From: Intoshia linei
Lineage: Eukaryota > Animalia > Orthonectida
Assembly: GCA_001642005.1 (NCBI GenBank)
Contig: LWCA01000102.1
Coordinates: forward strand, 1-54,731
Length of the DNA stretch: 54,731 nucleotides
Direction of reading: 5' to 3'
A model generated the notes under the pieces. That model had not been told where the DNA came from, made no database searches, and saw only the letters and a program-made list of their open reading frames with translations. A program made the position numbers and the translations under genes. This document shows positions 12,468 through 25,861 of this stretch, piece by piece (position 1 is the stretch's first letter; each line of letters starts with the position of its first letter).

Positions 12468-15400
12468 TTATTTATTGAATAGAACCAAGACACAGTCGTC
12501 CACTTTCTTGACTAATTTCTTTTATACTGACATAGCCCCTTTCTTCGATAAAATTAGCAACATTTAATAAATCTTGACGTGTTAAGTAAATAAATTTTCC
12601 TCTATCATCAAATACGCCTGATATTCTATCAATTTCTAGTAAGGATTTCATTCTATTGATGATTTCCTAAAAGAAATTAATTAAATTAAATACATTGCTT
12701 CTGCATGAGTGCCGTATAATGAGCCTAACTAATTTGCACGGTTGGGCAACGATGAAAATAGTGTATAAAATTTAAAATAATGTTATGTTAAATTAAAGTT
12801 AAACCACTTTTTTGGTATTAATGTAATTATTTTGTTAAATTGTAAGGGTTCTCAAAGTAATACTTTAATATAAACCAATAGAGAAGAACTCTTCCGGTAA
12901 TTCGTCTAGTATTGGTGGCAATTCCAGTATTATGTCACAATCTTAGATATTGAATGTGGATAAACGATATTCCACTTTGAATTTTCAAAATTTCAAAAAG
13001 GCAAATATACAACGTATGCCGATTCTCATTAAAGTTACTTCAGAATATCTTTTAAAATTCCAATTAGTTAACTTATTAACAATTAGTAAGTTTTTATTCA
13101 TGTTTTCCGATGGTGGTTATTATAAATCGACCACTGTTCATCAATAAAAACGTAAAAATTATAATAAATATTGATTTAATATTATTTATAAATTTTAAAT
13201 TATGTACATCAACTCTAAGGTGGAAATGTGCAGCCAGTTCTTCTAGTTCAATCATTTTCTTTTTCTAAATTACAATTTTAACAGTTCATCTATATTAAGT
13301 GTTCCCAACTAATTTTGTACGTATCCAGCAGAATAAATGTATCATATAAAAAAGTAATCACCGAGTTTATATTTTACAGTCTATTTATAGAATCTAAACT
13401 TTAAATATTGGGGGAAAATTTTCAATAAATAATTCCCAATTATACATGTTACTTCAAACATCCTTACCGCTGACTTAAATAATTATATTATCAAATTACC
13501 TTGACAAATTCGATAAATTCGTTTAATGTCGACTAAAAATATCATTAAAATTTCAGCTTTTTAGAGAGTACTATTTTCTAATAATATACTAAAAAATTTT
13601 CGGTATAGATTATAAATTTTATTTGTTTTATTTACAAGTCACTCAATATCAGACTGATATTACATGTATCAGTATCTAAAAATCAAAGTTTAAAAAATCA
13701 TTATACGAAAAATATTTTTGAAATTACAGATAAAAGTTTACCAATATTGAAACAATAATGCACAGTAGTTGCGCACAAATTTATTTTTAGCAATAAAAAT
13801 TGATTTATTATCAATTTAATTAAATTACATTTATTAAATATACTAAATTATTAAAGTATATTAAATTTATATTATTGAGAATATATTAATATTATTATTG
13901 TATTACAATTAAAATTTAATGTTACAATTTTAACATTTTACAAGATCGGAGAAACGAAAGAATAATATTTTTACTAATCCTACATTTCCAATCTTTTTTA
14001 ATTACAATAATTTAATTTTATTTAATTTTTAATTTTTAATTCTCAATAAAAATTTTTCGATAAATTGTCGACCCTACTAATTATAAATATCATTGTATCA
14101 TGATCAATGATTTCATAATGTTCCATAGAGTATATAATAACAATAGAATCATATTGTAAAATTTAATCGAATGTAATCGTTTCCTTCATGGAAACAATTT
14201 TCTTACAAAAAAAATCTGTGCACAACAACGGAACGTCCAGAAAAACTCAAAAAAGTTACACACCATTTACATGTGAAAAGTAATTATAGCAATGTTACGT
14301 ATTACACAATTGTCAAATAAGTTTTCACTGTCGCCTTCATCTAAGGTAGAAAATGTGTCTTTAATTTTTAAATATTCATTAAAGTCTTCTTCTTTCTTCT
14401 TTTTTATTTTTTCGTCTATTTTTTCTTTCTAAACAATATAATTTTATTACAGTTCACTCGCGATAAGTGACAATTTTTTTAGAAACAGTTCAAATTAAAA
14501 TAATAATACCAGTAAAAATGGACTAATATTAAATAATAATAAACGATACAACCAAAGAACCTTACAAAAATATTATTATAAAATAGCATTACATTTGCAC
14601 AAAAAGAAGAAGAAATTCAGAATACTGTGATGATTTTTATGCGTACATTTTTATATATACATATATTATTAGTGTTTAATATTAATATTTAATATGAATA
14701 CGTTTGATACGTAATAATTTATTACGTATTTTGATAACCAAACTGTGAGAAACTTTTTAGAATTAAAAACTTAAGCATAGTTACACTCATATAAAAATCT
14801 ATGTAACTATTCATTTAAAAAAGCATGTTAATCGGGTTACCTGTCTAAAAATGACTAAATTAATGAACCTCTAGTTTTTCATTTAATTCTTCTGTTTGGT
14901 TCTCAATTTTTCTTAATCGTATAGCTTCCAATTCTTCTTTGTCTTTTCGTCTTCTTTCGTTCAATCTTTGCTAAATACATAATTACATTTACAATCCATG
15001 TTTTTATTTAACTGTGATAGGTAGAATAAAAAATATACATTTCAGACTGATTACAGACTATCAGTTTCACATTGAACAGAACTCTCTTTAAAATTTAGAA
15101 AAATTACCATCAATTGTTCATGTTTATCTTTTTTTATTAAAATTTTTGCCCATTTTTTTTCAGCAACTTTTTTTGGCCCTTTAAAATTTTTCATGAACTC
15201 TTCAAAATCAATCTCAGAATCTATAATATAATTATAAACTCAAAATACAAACTGATTTATAATTATTAAATTACCAAACATTAAATCTTAATGATTAAGA
15301 TATCATTAGGTTTTATATATTCAATAAACAAATAAAATAATAACCTAATTCGTTCTTTTCGTCAGATTGAGGTCTAATTAAACTTTCAGATTTATCTTAA

Positions 15401-15970
15401 AATTAAACATAAAAATATTAAAAAATAAATAAATGTTAAGTATAAAACTTATAAAATTTAAAATTAAAATTGACAAAATATTACGTAAATTGTACATGTC
15501 AATGCCGTAACGGTACTGTCATATAATGTACCCTTACCCAATGAAGATAATAACTTGATCATTTTATTTTGAAACGTTTTCCCATATTTCGTTGGCCCAT
15601 TGTTTTAATTTACAATTCAATCCCATACATTGTAGTATTATTTGCGGGAGTTAGTTATTATTAAACGTCGTTTAGAAAAAATTACAAAGCAGATTATTTT
15701 TAAATTCCAATGAAAAGAAAATTTTTATTTAGGACCCAATTCAATCTAAACACGGTTCAAACATCAGAACATGGTTATCTAGAAACATGCTTAACATATT
15801 TGTATATTTTAAAATTTACAAGGAAAAGACTTAATTTAAAAAACTTTCATAAAATAACCATTTGTAGATTTTCTGGATTTTTTCCATATGAAAATGTACA
15901 CTCCAACTATTATTGTTAGAGTAGAAACAAGCAAGAATATGTACACATTAATATCCACAGATGAAACCAT
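12468..15970 (-). CDS. DDRGK1: DDRGK domain-containing protein 1 (UFBP1; UFM1 ligase adaptor), multi-exon
   Basis: First exon is a signal anchor (MVSSVDINVYIFLLVSTLTIIVGVYIFIWKKSRK). Charged coiled-coil exons follow (EEDFNEYLKIKDTFSTLDEG), then TLNEFIEFVK|KKKMIELEELAAHFHLRVD|EIINRMKSLLEIDRISGVFDDRGKFIYL...FIEERGYVSI, which contains the DDRGK motif. Confidence 0.95.
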
Positions 15971-16757
15971 GATTTATTATAAATTTTATGGATCCAATTA
16001 AATCAAAACGTTTATTTCTGTTTAGAATTGAGCCATTAGTTAGTTGAAATGTTTTATAAACGTTATTTTATTTTTTTAGATAAATTTCACAACTAAAACA
16101 AATACTTTATTTTGTAACAAACAACCCGTAATTACTAAAGTTATCGTTTTTTAAAATTTAAACTATAAATTAATGAACAGATATAGATGTAGTCCTACTT
16201 TTATATAAATTTTTGCGTTGTTTATTTGTATTTGTAATTATAAATAGCGTTATGAATTGTCCAAAACATAGACTCCAAATTCATGTTAATGTCATGAAAT
16301 TATATTACAAATACAAACTCCTAAGAGTCGTTAATATAGTAAATAGTAATAATTATGTAAAGCACTTCGGTTTATCTTAAAGGGTTCAGTTAAACCGTGA
16401 AAATTAATTTGATAAAATTTCAAACAATCAAATAAACATAATTATAAAGTGATCTTCACTTTTTATTATAGTTTATGGTAACCTATAACAAATTACCAAT
16501 CTTAATTACTGATCTATGATGACGAACAAAAATTTTCAGCTTAAAATTTAGTCCAAATAAACTAAAAGTAATAGAAAGTATTTTTCTGGCCACTTTAAAT
16601 TAAATATGATTATATAGTTATAGTAACTGTCAATCATTCCAATAATACACATTTGGTCTGACTATGGTTACTCTCGTAATTAAAATTTAAATGTGCTAAA
16701 ACAAAATCAATTAACAAACCAACTAAGTACAAACTTTTATAACTGAAAAATTCATTT

Positions 16758-17732
16758 ATGTCCGAATCTTCGTACAATACATACGAAAGTGAAATGTCTA
16801 GTTCAAATGATGAAAATGTATCTACAAGTGAAGAATTCAGTGATTTTAGCGATATAAGTCTGCAAACCAGTAGTTCTAGTAGGTGTATGCACGAAAATGA
16901 CGATGAAGATGATGAAAAAGCCATTGATAAAATTGGAGACGACGAAGAACAATGTCCAGAAACAAAAGGAAATGCGCTGAATAATTCAAATTCTACTACA
17001 AAGAAAAATAAACGTATCATTTTGTTGGCTCCTCCATTGAAAGGTTTTAATATATCAATTTTTTTTAACCATATTTTAGATGAAATCACAAACAATCAAA
17101 CCTATAAACAATGTAATTTTTTTAGTTTTCATTATTTATTTTTTACTATGGTAATCTTTTTTTTTAACCAAAAATGGGAATTAATCTGGTACTAATTAAG
17201 ACTTAATCAAGTACATTTTTATATTTAACTTGATATATTTATTTTTTTTGTACTAATTCTGCAATAAATTAATTCATGGGTAAATTTGAAAATTGAGTAT
17301 TTTTTTTCAATCAACAAATTAGACATAAAATGTTAAATGCGATAAAAATAAATTGCAAAATGTAGCGTTTGTTATTAATTAATTATGTTACATTAGTGTT
17401 AATTTTTATTTTAGTCAGAAAGAAACACAAATTCAGAGTTATTCCAGGCAGAGTAAGTTTTTATTATTATTAATTAATTTAAATTATTTAATTTTAGAAA
17501 TATTTCGTTTTTATGTAAAATAATGTCCTTTTTTTATGCTGAAATTTTTATTTTTTTATTTTAGTGTAAATATGGAAAGTTTAGCCGATATGCCAAATTA
17601 AAACCTAAATCTGCCCAAAAAGCTTTCAATGAATTAAAAGAACAATGGATTCAATTTAGAAAAAATAATAATCAAGATTTATTTCAAAGTAGTCGTGATT
17701 GCTATGATATGGAATTCCATTCCAGTATTTAA
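16758..17732 (+). CDS. Hypothetical protein with acidic/Ser-rich N-terminus and basic C-terminus (4 exons)
   Basis: ORF 16758 plus in-frame GT-AG exons near 17079-17112, 17414-17453 and 17565-17732 (CKYGKFSRYAKLKPKSAQKAFNELKEQWIQFRK...). No domain recognised. Confidence 0.6.
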
Positions 17733-18984
17733 TTTGATTTATCGAAATCATGTACATTTGTATTTTTAATTAGTAATAAATTATTACGAATATAATTTAA
17801 ATAATGTTATTTTTACATATTCGACAAAGTGTTACTTTCTTTAAATTTCGTATAAATCACAATCATTAAGTGCAACCACTTAAACAAAAATAATTAGAGT
17901 AGTTCCATTAGTGGTAGCAGAGATGCCCGTTGTCGGGATTTTATCCCAAAGCCTAGATTAAAAGTTACAAAGACGCTACATTATTATTTAAAAAATCTCA
18001 AAATTAGGTAGGATTTTTAAAGGAAATTATTTTGACGATAGTTTTGGGCTCAAAATTTTAAAATTTAATATTAATTAACATTTTTTTAATATTTTTAACA
18101 TTTTTAGGTATCTTCAAAATCTTTAAAAGTTAGATGAACAAAAATATTTCCTTGAAAACTCCTACAAAATTTTGGTCGCAAAATTAGCTTCAAAATCTTT
18201 AAAATTGGGTAAAAAAAATTTCATTTAACAGCCGCTCGAAGATGAACCTCGGGCTACTGTATATGAGCTATATGCGTACCAATACCAAAATCAGTTATAA
18301 GTAAATTATTAATTTAAAAATTTTGAAATTTTTATTTGAAATTGTCCGCTCGTATCCCGGAATAAATTCAGGACTCTATTATGAATTATTATATTAATGA
18401 AAAAGTTTAGGTACCAAAATACAACTTAATAATGGAAAATATATACAAATGGTTAAGTCCGAATAAGGATTTAACTGAATTAAAAGTATATTTGAGCGAT
18501 AAACGTTTGAAAAGATTCACCACTCAATTTAAAAGTGTCTACCATAACCAAAATAAGAATAATGTACATTCCAAGCAACGAAAATCTCCGTAAAGCAGTA
18601 ATATACATGTTAGTCAATTGCATAAGTTATATTTCATATGATTATGGTGATAGCTGGGAATTAAGATTTTCGAGATAACTGTAAAAAATATTTCATTTAT
18701 CATTTTGATGGTCACTGATGATTCACTATGGTCTTAGTTTAATTATATCCAAAAAGTATAACATTTACATTACATTTAATTTATGGTTTCATTCAAAAAA
18801 TACAAAATGGAGTTTATAAAAATGTATTGAATTTATAATGAAAATAAAATTTCGTTATTATTGATACAAAATAGGAATAATTTAAAAATATTTTTTAATG
18901 GTGCAAGAAACTGGAGTACTTTAAAAAAACTGAGCGCAGGATTTATTATAAATTCAAAAAATGATAACAGATTTTTAGCGGTTA

Positions 18985-19599
18985 TTGAATATAATAAATT
19001 CAAAATCAAATATTTGGACTCCGGAAACGTTAATGAGCACTAATATAATATTCCAAGACATAAATAGATGCCATAATAGTAATTTAAAATATATTAAAAA
19101 TTGTACACTTGGATATACATATTTTGGCGGTTCAAAAAAGAAGGATTGTTATGTATTCAAAAACGATTTGCATGCAAAACGGAATATTAAATTTCAGTGT
19201 ATTTCACAGGATTATATTTGTGCGTATGGATATACTAAATACTATGATACCAATAGATGCGAAAAACTGTCCAATAGAGGTAAACGAAATGCGGTATGCC
19301 TCGATGGCAAGGTTGTTAGTATTGATATCAAAGCGTACCTGCCAGTTTATGATAATATTCATTATTTGAAATATTGTGCGGCAGATATTTTCAATCCTAA
19401 AAGTGTTAATATTTCGTGTCGTGGAGTATATCAACATGTACCATCATTAATTAAAAAATATCAAACAGAATCTGATGATAGGTCAAAAGGAAGTAAATCA
19501 AATGTATACATTATTGTCGGAACGTCTATATCTGCCCCTATTATTCTAGCAATTTTTATTTTCATCTTTATGAAATGTAAGGGATACTCATTCACGTAG
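18985..19599 (+). CDS. Cys-rich single-pass membrane protein C-terminus; possibly a pseudogene extending upstream to ~18400
   Basis: 204-aa ORF with 9 Cys in the ectodomain-like part and a C-terminal TM helix (VYIIVGTSISAPIILAIFIFIFM). Upstream coding-like sequence (ORF 18861-19043 etc.) lies in another frame and contains stops. Confidence 0.5.
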   Translation: MNIINSKSNIWTPETLMSTNIIFQDINRCHNSNLKYIKNCTLGYTYFGGSKKKDCYVFKNDLHAKRNIKFQCISQDYICAYGYTKYYDTNRCEKLSNRGKRNAVCLDGKVVSIDIKAYLPVYDNIHYLKYCAADIFNPKSVNISCRGVYQHVPSLIKKYQTESDDRSKGSKSNVYIIVGTSISAPIILAIFIFIFMKCKGYSFT

Positions 19600-19774
19600 A
19601 ATTTATCTTGTCTTTCTATTTTGAATTGATTAAAAAATGGAATTATCCAAAGTCGGCTTAAAAACAAATAATACCATTTAAATTCTAAGATACTCTCATA
19701 TTTATAATTTAATTAAATTGTAAATCTCTAAGAATCTTACGTTTTTTAAGTGTTTTATATACATGTATATATAT

Positions 19775-20124
19775 TAGGGCTGTTCATTTTTTACAAAATT
19801 TTTGATTCGAAAAAAATCCACCCCCTACCTTGAAGAGGATACTTTAAAACCCATAAAAATGTGTACCCTTTTTGAATTTTAAGGTTTTCGCGCGCTTTTT
19901 CCCCTTTTTCTTAATTAGCGCCATTTTTTTTTTTAAAGATGGATATGATTGATATGCGTTGAAATATTTCAAAATAAACCTTACATTTTATATATACTTT
20001 TGAAGATATAAATTAATTTAGGGCACACATTTTTAAAAAATTGACCATTTTTAATAGGCACATACGTTATTACACACTTTGAAGTATATGATATGACCAT
20101 GGATTTTTTTTTTGAACAGCCCTA
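19775..20124. mobile_element. hAT-type MITE
   Basis: TIRs TAGGGCTGTTCA ... TGAACAGCCCTA; 8-bp flanks ATATATAT on both sides. Confidence 0.8.
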
Positions 20125-20257
20125 ATATATATTTTATATATATGTATAAACTCACTTTATTAAACTGATGTACAATATATTGAAATTCAATAAAACCAGA
20201 AATTTAAGAATATAGTATAATGACAATTATATTAATTAATTCAAATTATTAGGCGTA

Positions 20258-23200
20258 TTACCCTGATGGGTGCGGCACCTGTTTTCGAAAATATAATAAA
20301 AATGTAAATTAAGAATTTATAATGTCTATAACCATTTTTCTGAAAGAAATATCCTTTAATTTATCAGATAGAAAATGAGCATAAATTATTTCCTTGTTGA
20401 CATTAATCATATTTGCACTAAATTCGATTTCGTTTAATAGTTTTTTTGCTTTGTTTTCCATAAAACTAATGTAATCAATTGCTTGTCCCAGAATAACAGT
20501 CTATAATATTATTTTTATTTATTAGTTTAAAATAACATATCAGGAATCGGTAAATTGACCCTCAGAATATTTTTTGTGACCTTTAGCTAAAAAATATATC
20601 ATCCTTAAAAAGTATTGTTTTTTCATCATAGTTACGATAAATTAGTAATTTTTTGTTTTTCTAGCACAAATACACGTTTTAAATGTAATTTAATGATTTG
20701 AATTAATTGCGTATATTTTAGTTAACATTATAATTAAAAAATGTTGATTTTGCTTCTAACAAATCAGTGACTCTCAACGGTGGGCGAATCGTGGATTCTA
20801 ATAATTAAATATCAGCAAAATAATCATAATCTTAACTCATCAAAGCAAGATTAATGTTGATAAATTTATCATTCACGTTTAATTAATGTAATAATAAATT
20901 CTAATTAAAATTTTAATCTCAGTATTAGTTTAAGGTTATATATTGATTAATAAAAATTTAAAAATGAAAATGTACATATTTACTCAATAGGCCACCAAAA
21001 GTATTCTGTGTACCACTGGTTGCTGACCCTTAAATTATAGCCATTATTTTTACTGTGAAAATTCCAGAGTAAGAGTGTTTTGCGAGGTTGCGATTATTCT
21101 ATATTATTTCATAAAGTATATAATTAAAAATGTTTTTTTAAGATTAAATTATATATTATAAGTATTAAATTAATGAAAATTAAAAATTTTTCTTCGTCAT
21201 TGATTATAATATTAAAATTATTTCCTTAAATTTTTTAGCCAAAACAATTTAAAAATTATTTAGTTTTTCAAGAGAATTATGGGTTTTATGGGTAAATTCT
21301 TGAAAAAAATTGAGAAACACTCAATATAAAAATTTGTATAGATCAAAAAATATGTCATTTTTTATATTGAACTATAATTCATTATTATAGCAGGCTGTTC
21401 TAAAAAAGGATAAACCCGCAGTTCTGAACGGTGGATGAATCACCCCGAGGGAGCGATTTTTCATATAATGTCATATTTCAAAAGCTATGTCTATTGTCAA
21501 AGTATTTTTAATCAAAACTTGTATATTCATTCATAATTTAAACAACTATTCTGCATCAAGAGAAGTGATTGAATCAAAGAAAGTGTATATTCTGAACAGG
21601 GTTACCAACTACGTTATTTTCCCCCTAAGAATTCGGGTTTTCTAATTCAATTCAGGGCTCAGGTTAAGTGATATTTCTCAGGGTAATTTAATTATTTCAA
21701 TCAAAATTATCAGATCAGACATATTTTATTTATATTCTATAATTTTTTTTCTCTAATAACAAAAATATAATTGTCGAAAATAATTGATTTTGATCTTGTC
21801 TTTTGTGTTGTGTCATTTGTTTTTTTCTCTAAAGTATTCATCATGAAGTCATTTTGAAATGTGCTATTTGCTATTTGTTATGAAAAATTAAGAGTATTCA
21901 TTTTGAAATTTGCAATAAAAATGTTTAAAATGTGTGTAAACTGTTATTATTTTTTGAAAAAGAGACCCCAAAGTAAAAGAAAGTCCACATTAATTTTTCA
22001 CGCTACGCTGCGCTTCCGCCATGCTTCGCTCAAAACTCAGGGTTAAGAATAATTAATGTTGGCAACCCTGATTCTGAACCAGAATTCAAAAATCGACTAT
22101 GGTCGATTCTAACGTGAATTATCATAATCACAGTAAACATTACCTGACTGTAGTATAGTTTGGAAGATTTGTATCTTGGAATCATATTTTTTATTTGCAT
22201 TATCCCCATTTTAATCAAGGCATATCGTTTTCTAAACGTTTTTTTAATGCAATATAATATTATAGTATTTTTTGCATTTTCCTTACAAATTAATTAAAGT
22301 TATTTTATCAAATATTTTAGTGTTAGAGTACAACCAAATCTACCTCACCAAGGCGCCTGTTCGGGGATAGACGAAATAATTTTAAAATGACCCTCATTTT
22401 TCCAAATTGAACATTCAAAAATTATATTCAATCATATTAAATAGCATAACTACATTGTTCTACATTGTATTTTCTGTGCTTAATTTAAAATTTCATGACA
22501 AGAATATTGAAGAGTTGTTTAAGGTTATATGATATGAGTACAGTGCGAGAAATAAAAATAAGCCCAACATTTTTTTCGTTAACTTCTCGTTAATAATTGT
22601 GATTGAAAGGTAAAATTTTCACACTAAGATATACATAAGAAGCGACACTTGATGATATATCTACTATAATTATATCTTTTTTCAACAAAAAGTTATTACA
22701 AAAAATCTATGAAATAAACATAAGTCCAATGAATAAAAATAATTTAGTATATCCATTTACATATTTAATACTGTTTTTTCGCCTTTATTTTGTACAACAT
22801 CAAGACATCTATTTTTTATAGACGTTATTTTTGTAAAAGATTTTGATCAATTTTATTCCATTCCAGTATAATCAATTTTGTTAGTTCCTCAGTATTGCTA
22901 AACTGCCGCCCATTTTTGTAAACAGACATCGCCAAAATTCCCCAAAAGTTTTCAATTGGATTTAAGTCTGGTGACTTTGATGGGCAATCAATTACATCAA
23001 TAGAATTATCTTGAAACCATGTTTTTACTATCTTTGAAGTATGGATTGAAGCATTGTCTTGTTGGAAAAAGATATCTGTACCATAATGTAAATGTGCAAA
23101 TGGAACTAAATTTTCTGATAATGTATTAATATAATTTTCTGAATTTTGGTTTCCTTTTAAAATCACCAATTTTGATTTTCCTTTATGAAAAAAGGCTCCC

Positions 23201-25115
23201 CATACCATAACCGATCCACCTCCACTTTGTCTCGTCGAATAAATTTCTTTCTGCTTTCTTAAATCATTCCAATAATACTGAAAGCCATCAGGACTGCATA
23301 CGTTTACTCCATTTCAAATGATAACACTTGCTAATGATCTGTTGAACTCTACGAAGTTGAACAAGTGGCTGTAGTTCTTGAATTATGTCTCTGGCAATCA
23401 ATTTTCCCGTGGAAGCCTTCCGTATAATATGTGTTTCCATTCTTTTTGTTACTTTTTTGGGCCTACCATGACTTTTTAATGTTCCATATGACTCAGGATT
23501 ACGTAGAAACATTGATACCACACTTCTCGACCGGCCAATTTGTTTAGCAATGTATTTGTAGGGTTTTTTCTTATTCAATGCCACAATTTGACCTTTTTCA
23601 TAATCGTTTAACGTTTTGCCTTTACTCATTGATAAATAAGTAATACATTATATATAATTATAAAGATATTCTACATAACTGAGTGTATAAATATAAAAAA
23701 AATATTAATTACCTTTATAGACTTGAATTTACGTAAATAGATTAATTTTTAAATGTTGGACTTAACTTTATTTCGCACTTAAAAAAAAATTGCTAATAAT
23801 GTGGAATTTAGATATTTAAATTAATTAATGATAATTTTATTGTGTTTGACTTACGTTCATCTCGTTATATTTGCATATTTTTGATTTTTATCTATCATAT
23901 TTAATAAACTGTTTGGCTTATCTTTATTTTGCGCACTGTAGTACGCATCGTTTTAGAAAAAAATTTTATGGGCCTATTTTTATTTTCGGTGACATCTAGT
24001 TTGGTAAGTTATTCTCTGAGCTACGGTACCATGAAATGTCATGAAACATGTAATTGAAAAAATGACTTGACACTCTCATGCAGGGGTTCTCAACCTTTTT
24101 TTAGAATCGCCCCTCCATAATTCATAAACAAGTTGTTACTGTTACTCAATTTTTAAAAGAATTGACCCATAGAACCAATAATTCTCTTAAAAAAATTTTA
24201 ATACTTTTGTATGTCATTTTAGAGTCTATAATTTAGACATTGGGTAAAGTATTAAAATATTTTATAATTTAATATATTGTTTACTAAACTAAAGTATAAT
24301 TAATAATAAAAAAATGTTATTTTAAATATACTGTATATATCGATTAATTAATAAATTAACTATCAGAAAATTTTACTATGTTAAGGTTTTTACAATGTTA
24401 TAATTTATTAACTCTTATTACCGATTATTTGTTATTTATAAAAAAATTTTTAGATTATGTATTTTGTGAAATAAAATAGAAAAATCGGCTCAAGGGGGTT
24501 GAAAAATCGCCCACCGTTGAAAAACCCTTATCTAATGTACAGTGTACATTTCAACTAACAATAACGACAATATTTTGTAAATAAAATAATTGATGAGGAG
24601 ATTATTTTTATTTTTTCCAAAATTGCGTTGATAAGGGCGATTCAAAAAAGATAGTAGGGTCTAGAAACACAGTTCAAATCAGGATCCTTTGTATTCTTTT
24701 TAGAATTAAATTTAGTTTATGTCGTTATTCGATGATTGTAATTAATTCGTTTTAAATTTTTTCTTTTGATTCTGTTGAAGCAATTTTTTAAGTTTCGAAC
24801 TGTGTTTCACAAGTCTAATATTTAGTCTTTCATTTAAATTTTACAATAATTGAAAAAATGAATAAAATTATTTGAATTACCTTTCAGTTCGATTAGTATT
24901 ATCTCGATATCTTGTATTTGACTAAATTGAATGCTGGATATTACGTTAACAAATTACGGATAAATAATAATAATAAAAAAATAATTAATGAAAATTTATG
25001 AAATCATTATTATAATTACAGTACATTAAAATTTACTCTAAAATCATTTATAAATGATTACCTTAGTCTTTCTAATTCTTTTCACATTCTTACACTCTAT
25101 TACAAAATGATGCAT
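20258..25115 (-). CDS. Max/Mlx-like bHLH(-ZIP) transcription factor (exons ~25062-25115, 24881-24921, 22144-22231, 20333-20500, 20258-20278)
   Basis: Spliced: MHHFVIECKNVKRIRKTK|SNTRYRDNTNRTER|KRYALIKMGIMQIKNMIPRYKSSKLYYSQ|TVILGQAIDYISFMENKAKKLLNEIEFS... This gives basic region, helix 1 ending in IP, loop and helix 2 (VILGQAIDYI). GT-AG phases are consistent; start and last exon less certain. Confidence 0.82.
21597..22070. mobile_element. hAT-type MITE in bHLH intron
   Basis: TIRs CAGGGTTACCAAC ... GTTGGCAACCCTG; perfect 8-bp TSD ATTCTGAA. Confidence 0.9.
22541..23938 (-). mobile_element. Tc1-family (DD34E) transposon with internally deleted transposase
   Basis: TA-flanked TIRs CAGTGCG(AG/CA)AAATAAA(A/G)ATAAGCC. 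ORF 23288-23629 is the paired-like HTH (GRSRSVVS, GRPKK). ORF 22825-23208 has MVWGAF, QQDNASIH and SPDLNPIENFW, with 34 residues between D and E. Confidence 0.93.
24081..24529. mobile_element. hAT (Charlie-type) MITE, decayed
   Basis: CAGGGGTTCTCAAC ... GTTGAAAAACCCTT ends; flanks CTCTCATG and ATCTAATG (6/8 match). Confidence 0.65.
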
Positions 25116-25861
25116 TTTACTATAATTTTATTGTCAGTTTATTTTATCTGTTATCTTTCCGCCAAAAGTAAAATAAGGGTGTTTTCAAATTTATATTTAT
25201 TAATTTACATGCAAATTGTAATATATTTTTATTATCTTTTTTTAACAATTGCACTTGTATGCATTATAATTTATAAATTATAATACAACGTATAAAAATA
25301 AGAAATTTAAATTAATCTGTAAATGAAACCTAGTTAATGATTATAAAATAAAAATAAATATTAATCGAAATTCATTAAATACATATTGTAAATGTATTCA
25401 CATTAATGTTAATTAGAACATAATACCAGTCTTTAAATATTTAAAATTAAATTTACAACCTACAATTTAATATACAATACTGTACTACAATAAGATCATT
25501 TCATAAATTTACAAACGTAAATGTTCAATACTAACCTAAATTGAATCGAATCTATACATTTATAGTTTAAAATTTAAATTAAAATGTAAATTAAAGTTTT
25601 ATTGTTAATTAATAATATTGTAATAATAATAAATTTGTCTCACTTTAATTCGTGTTAGATTTTATTTGTAATTTTTAAATCTTAAATAAATTCAATGGAA
25701 TGAACTTTGCACATGTGAAATTGTTTACTCAATATACGTAATAGTAATTAATTCATTAAAATTCATATGTCTGAATCTTAATTTGATAAAAAAATCAAAT
25801 AAAAATATTTTTTAATATCACAATATACATTCTGATTAAAAAAATTAAATCGAAATCTGCA

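Noticed and set aside
12690-12730. Possible DDRGK1 exon LGSLYGTHAE with a GC donor
   Set aside because: The exon at ~13207-13263 (LEELAAHFHLRVD) splices in frame to the last exon and matches the family better.
17918-18378. Possible hAT MITE (CAGAGATGCCCG ... CAGGACTCTA)
   Set aside because: Ends too divergent and no TSD.
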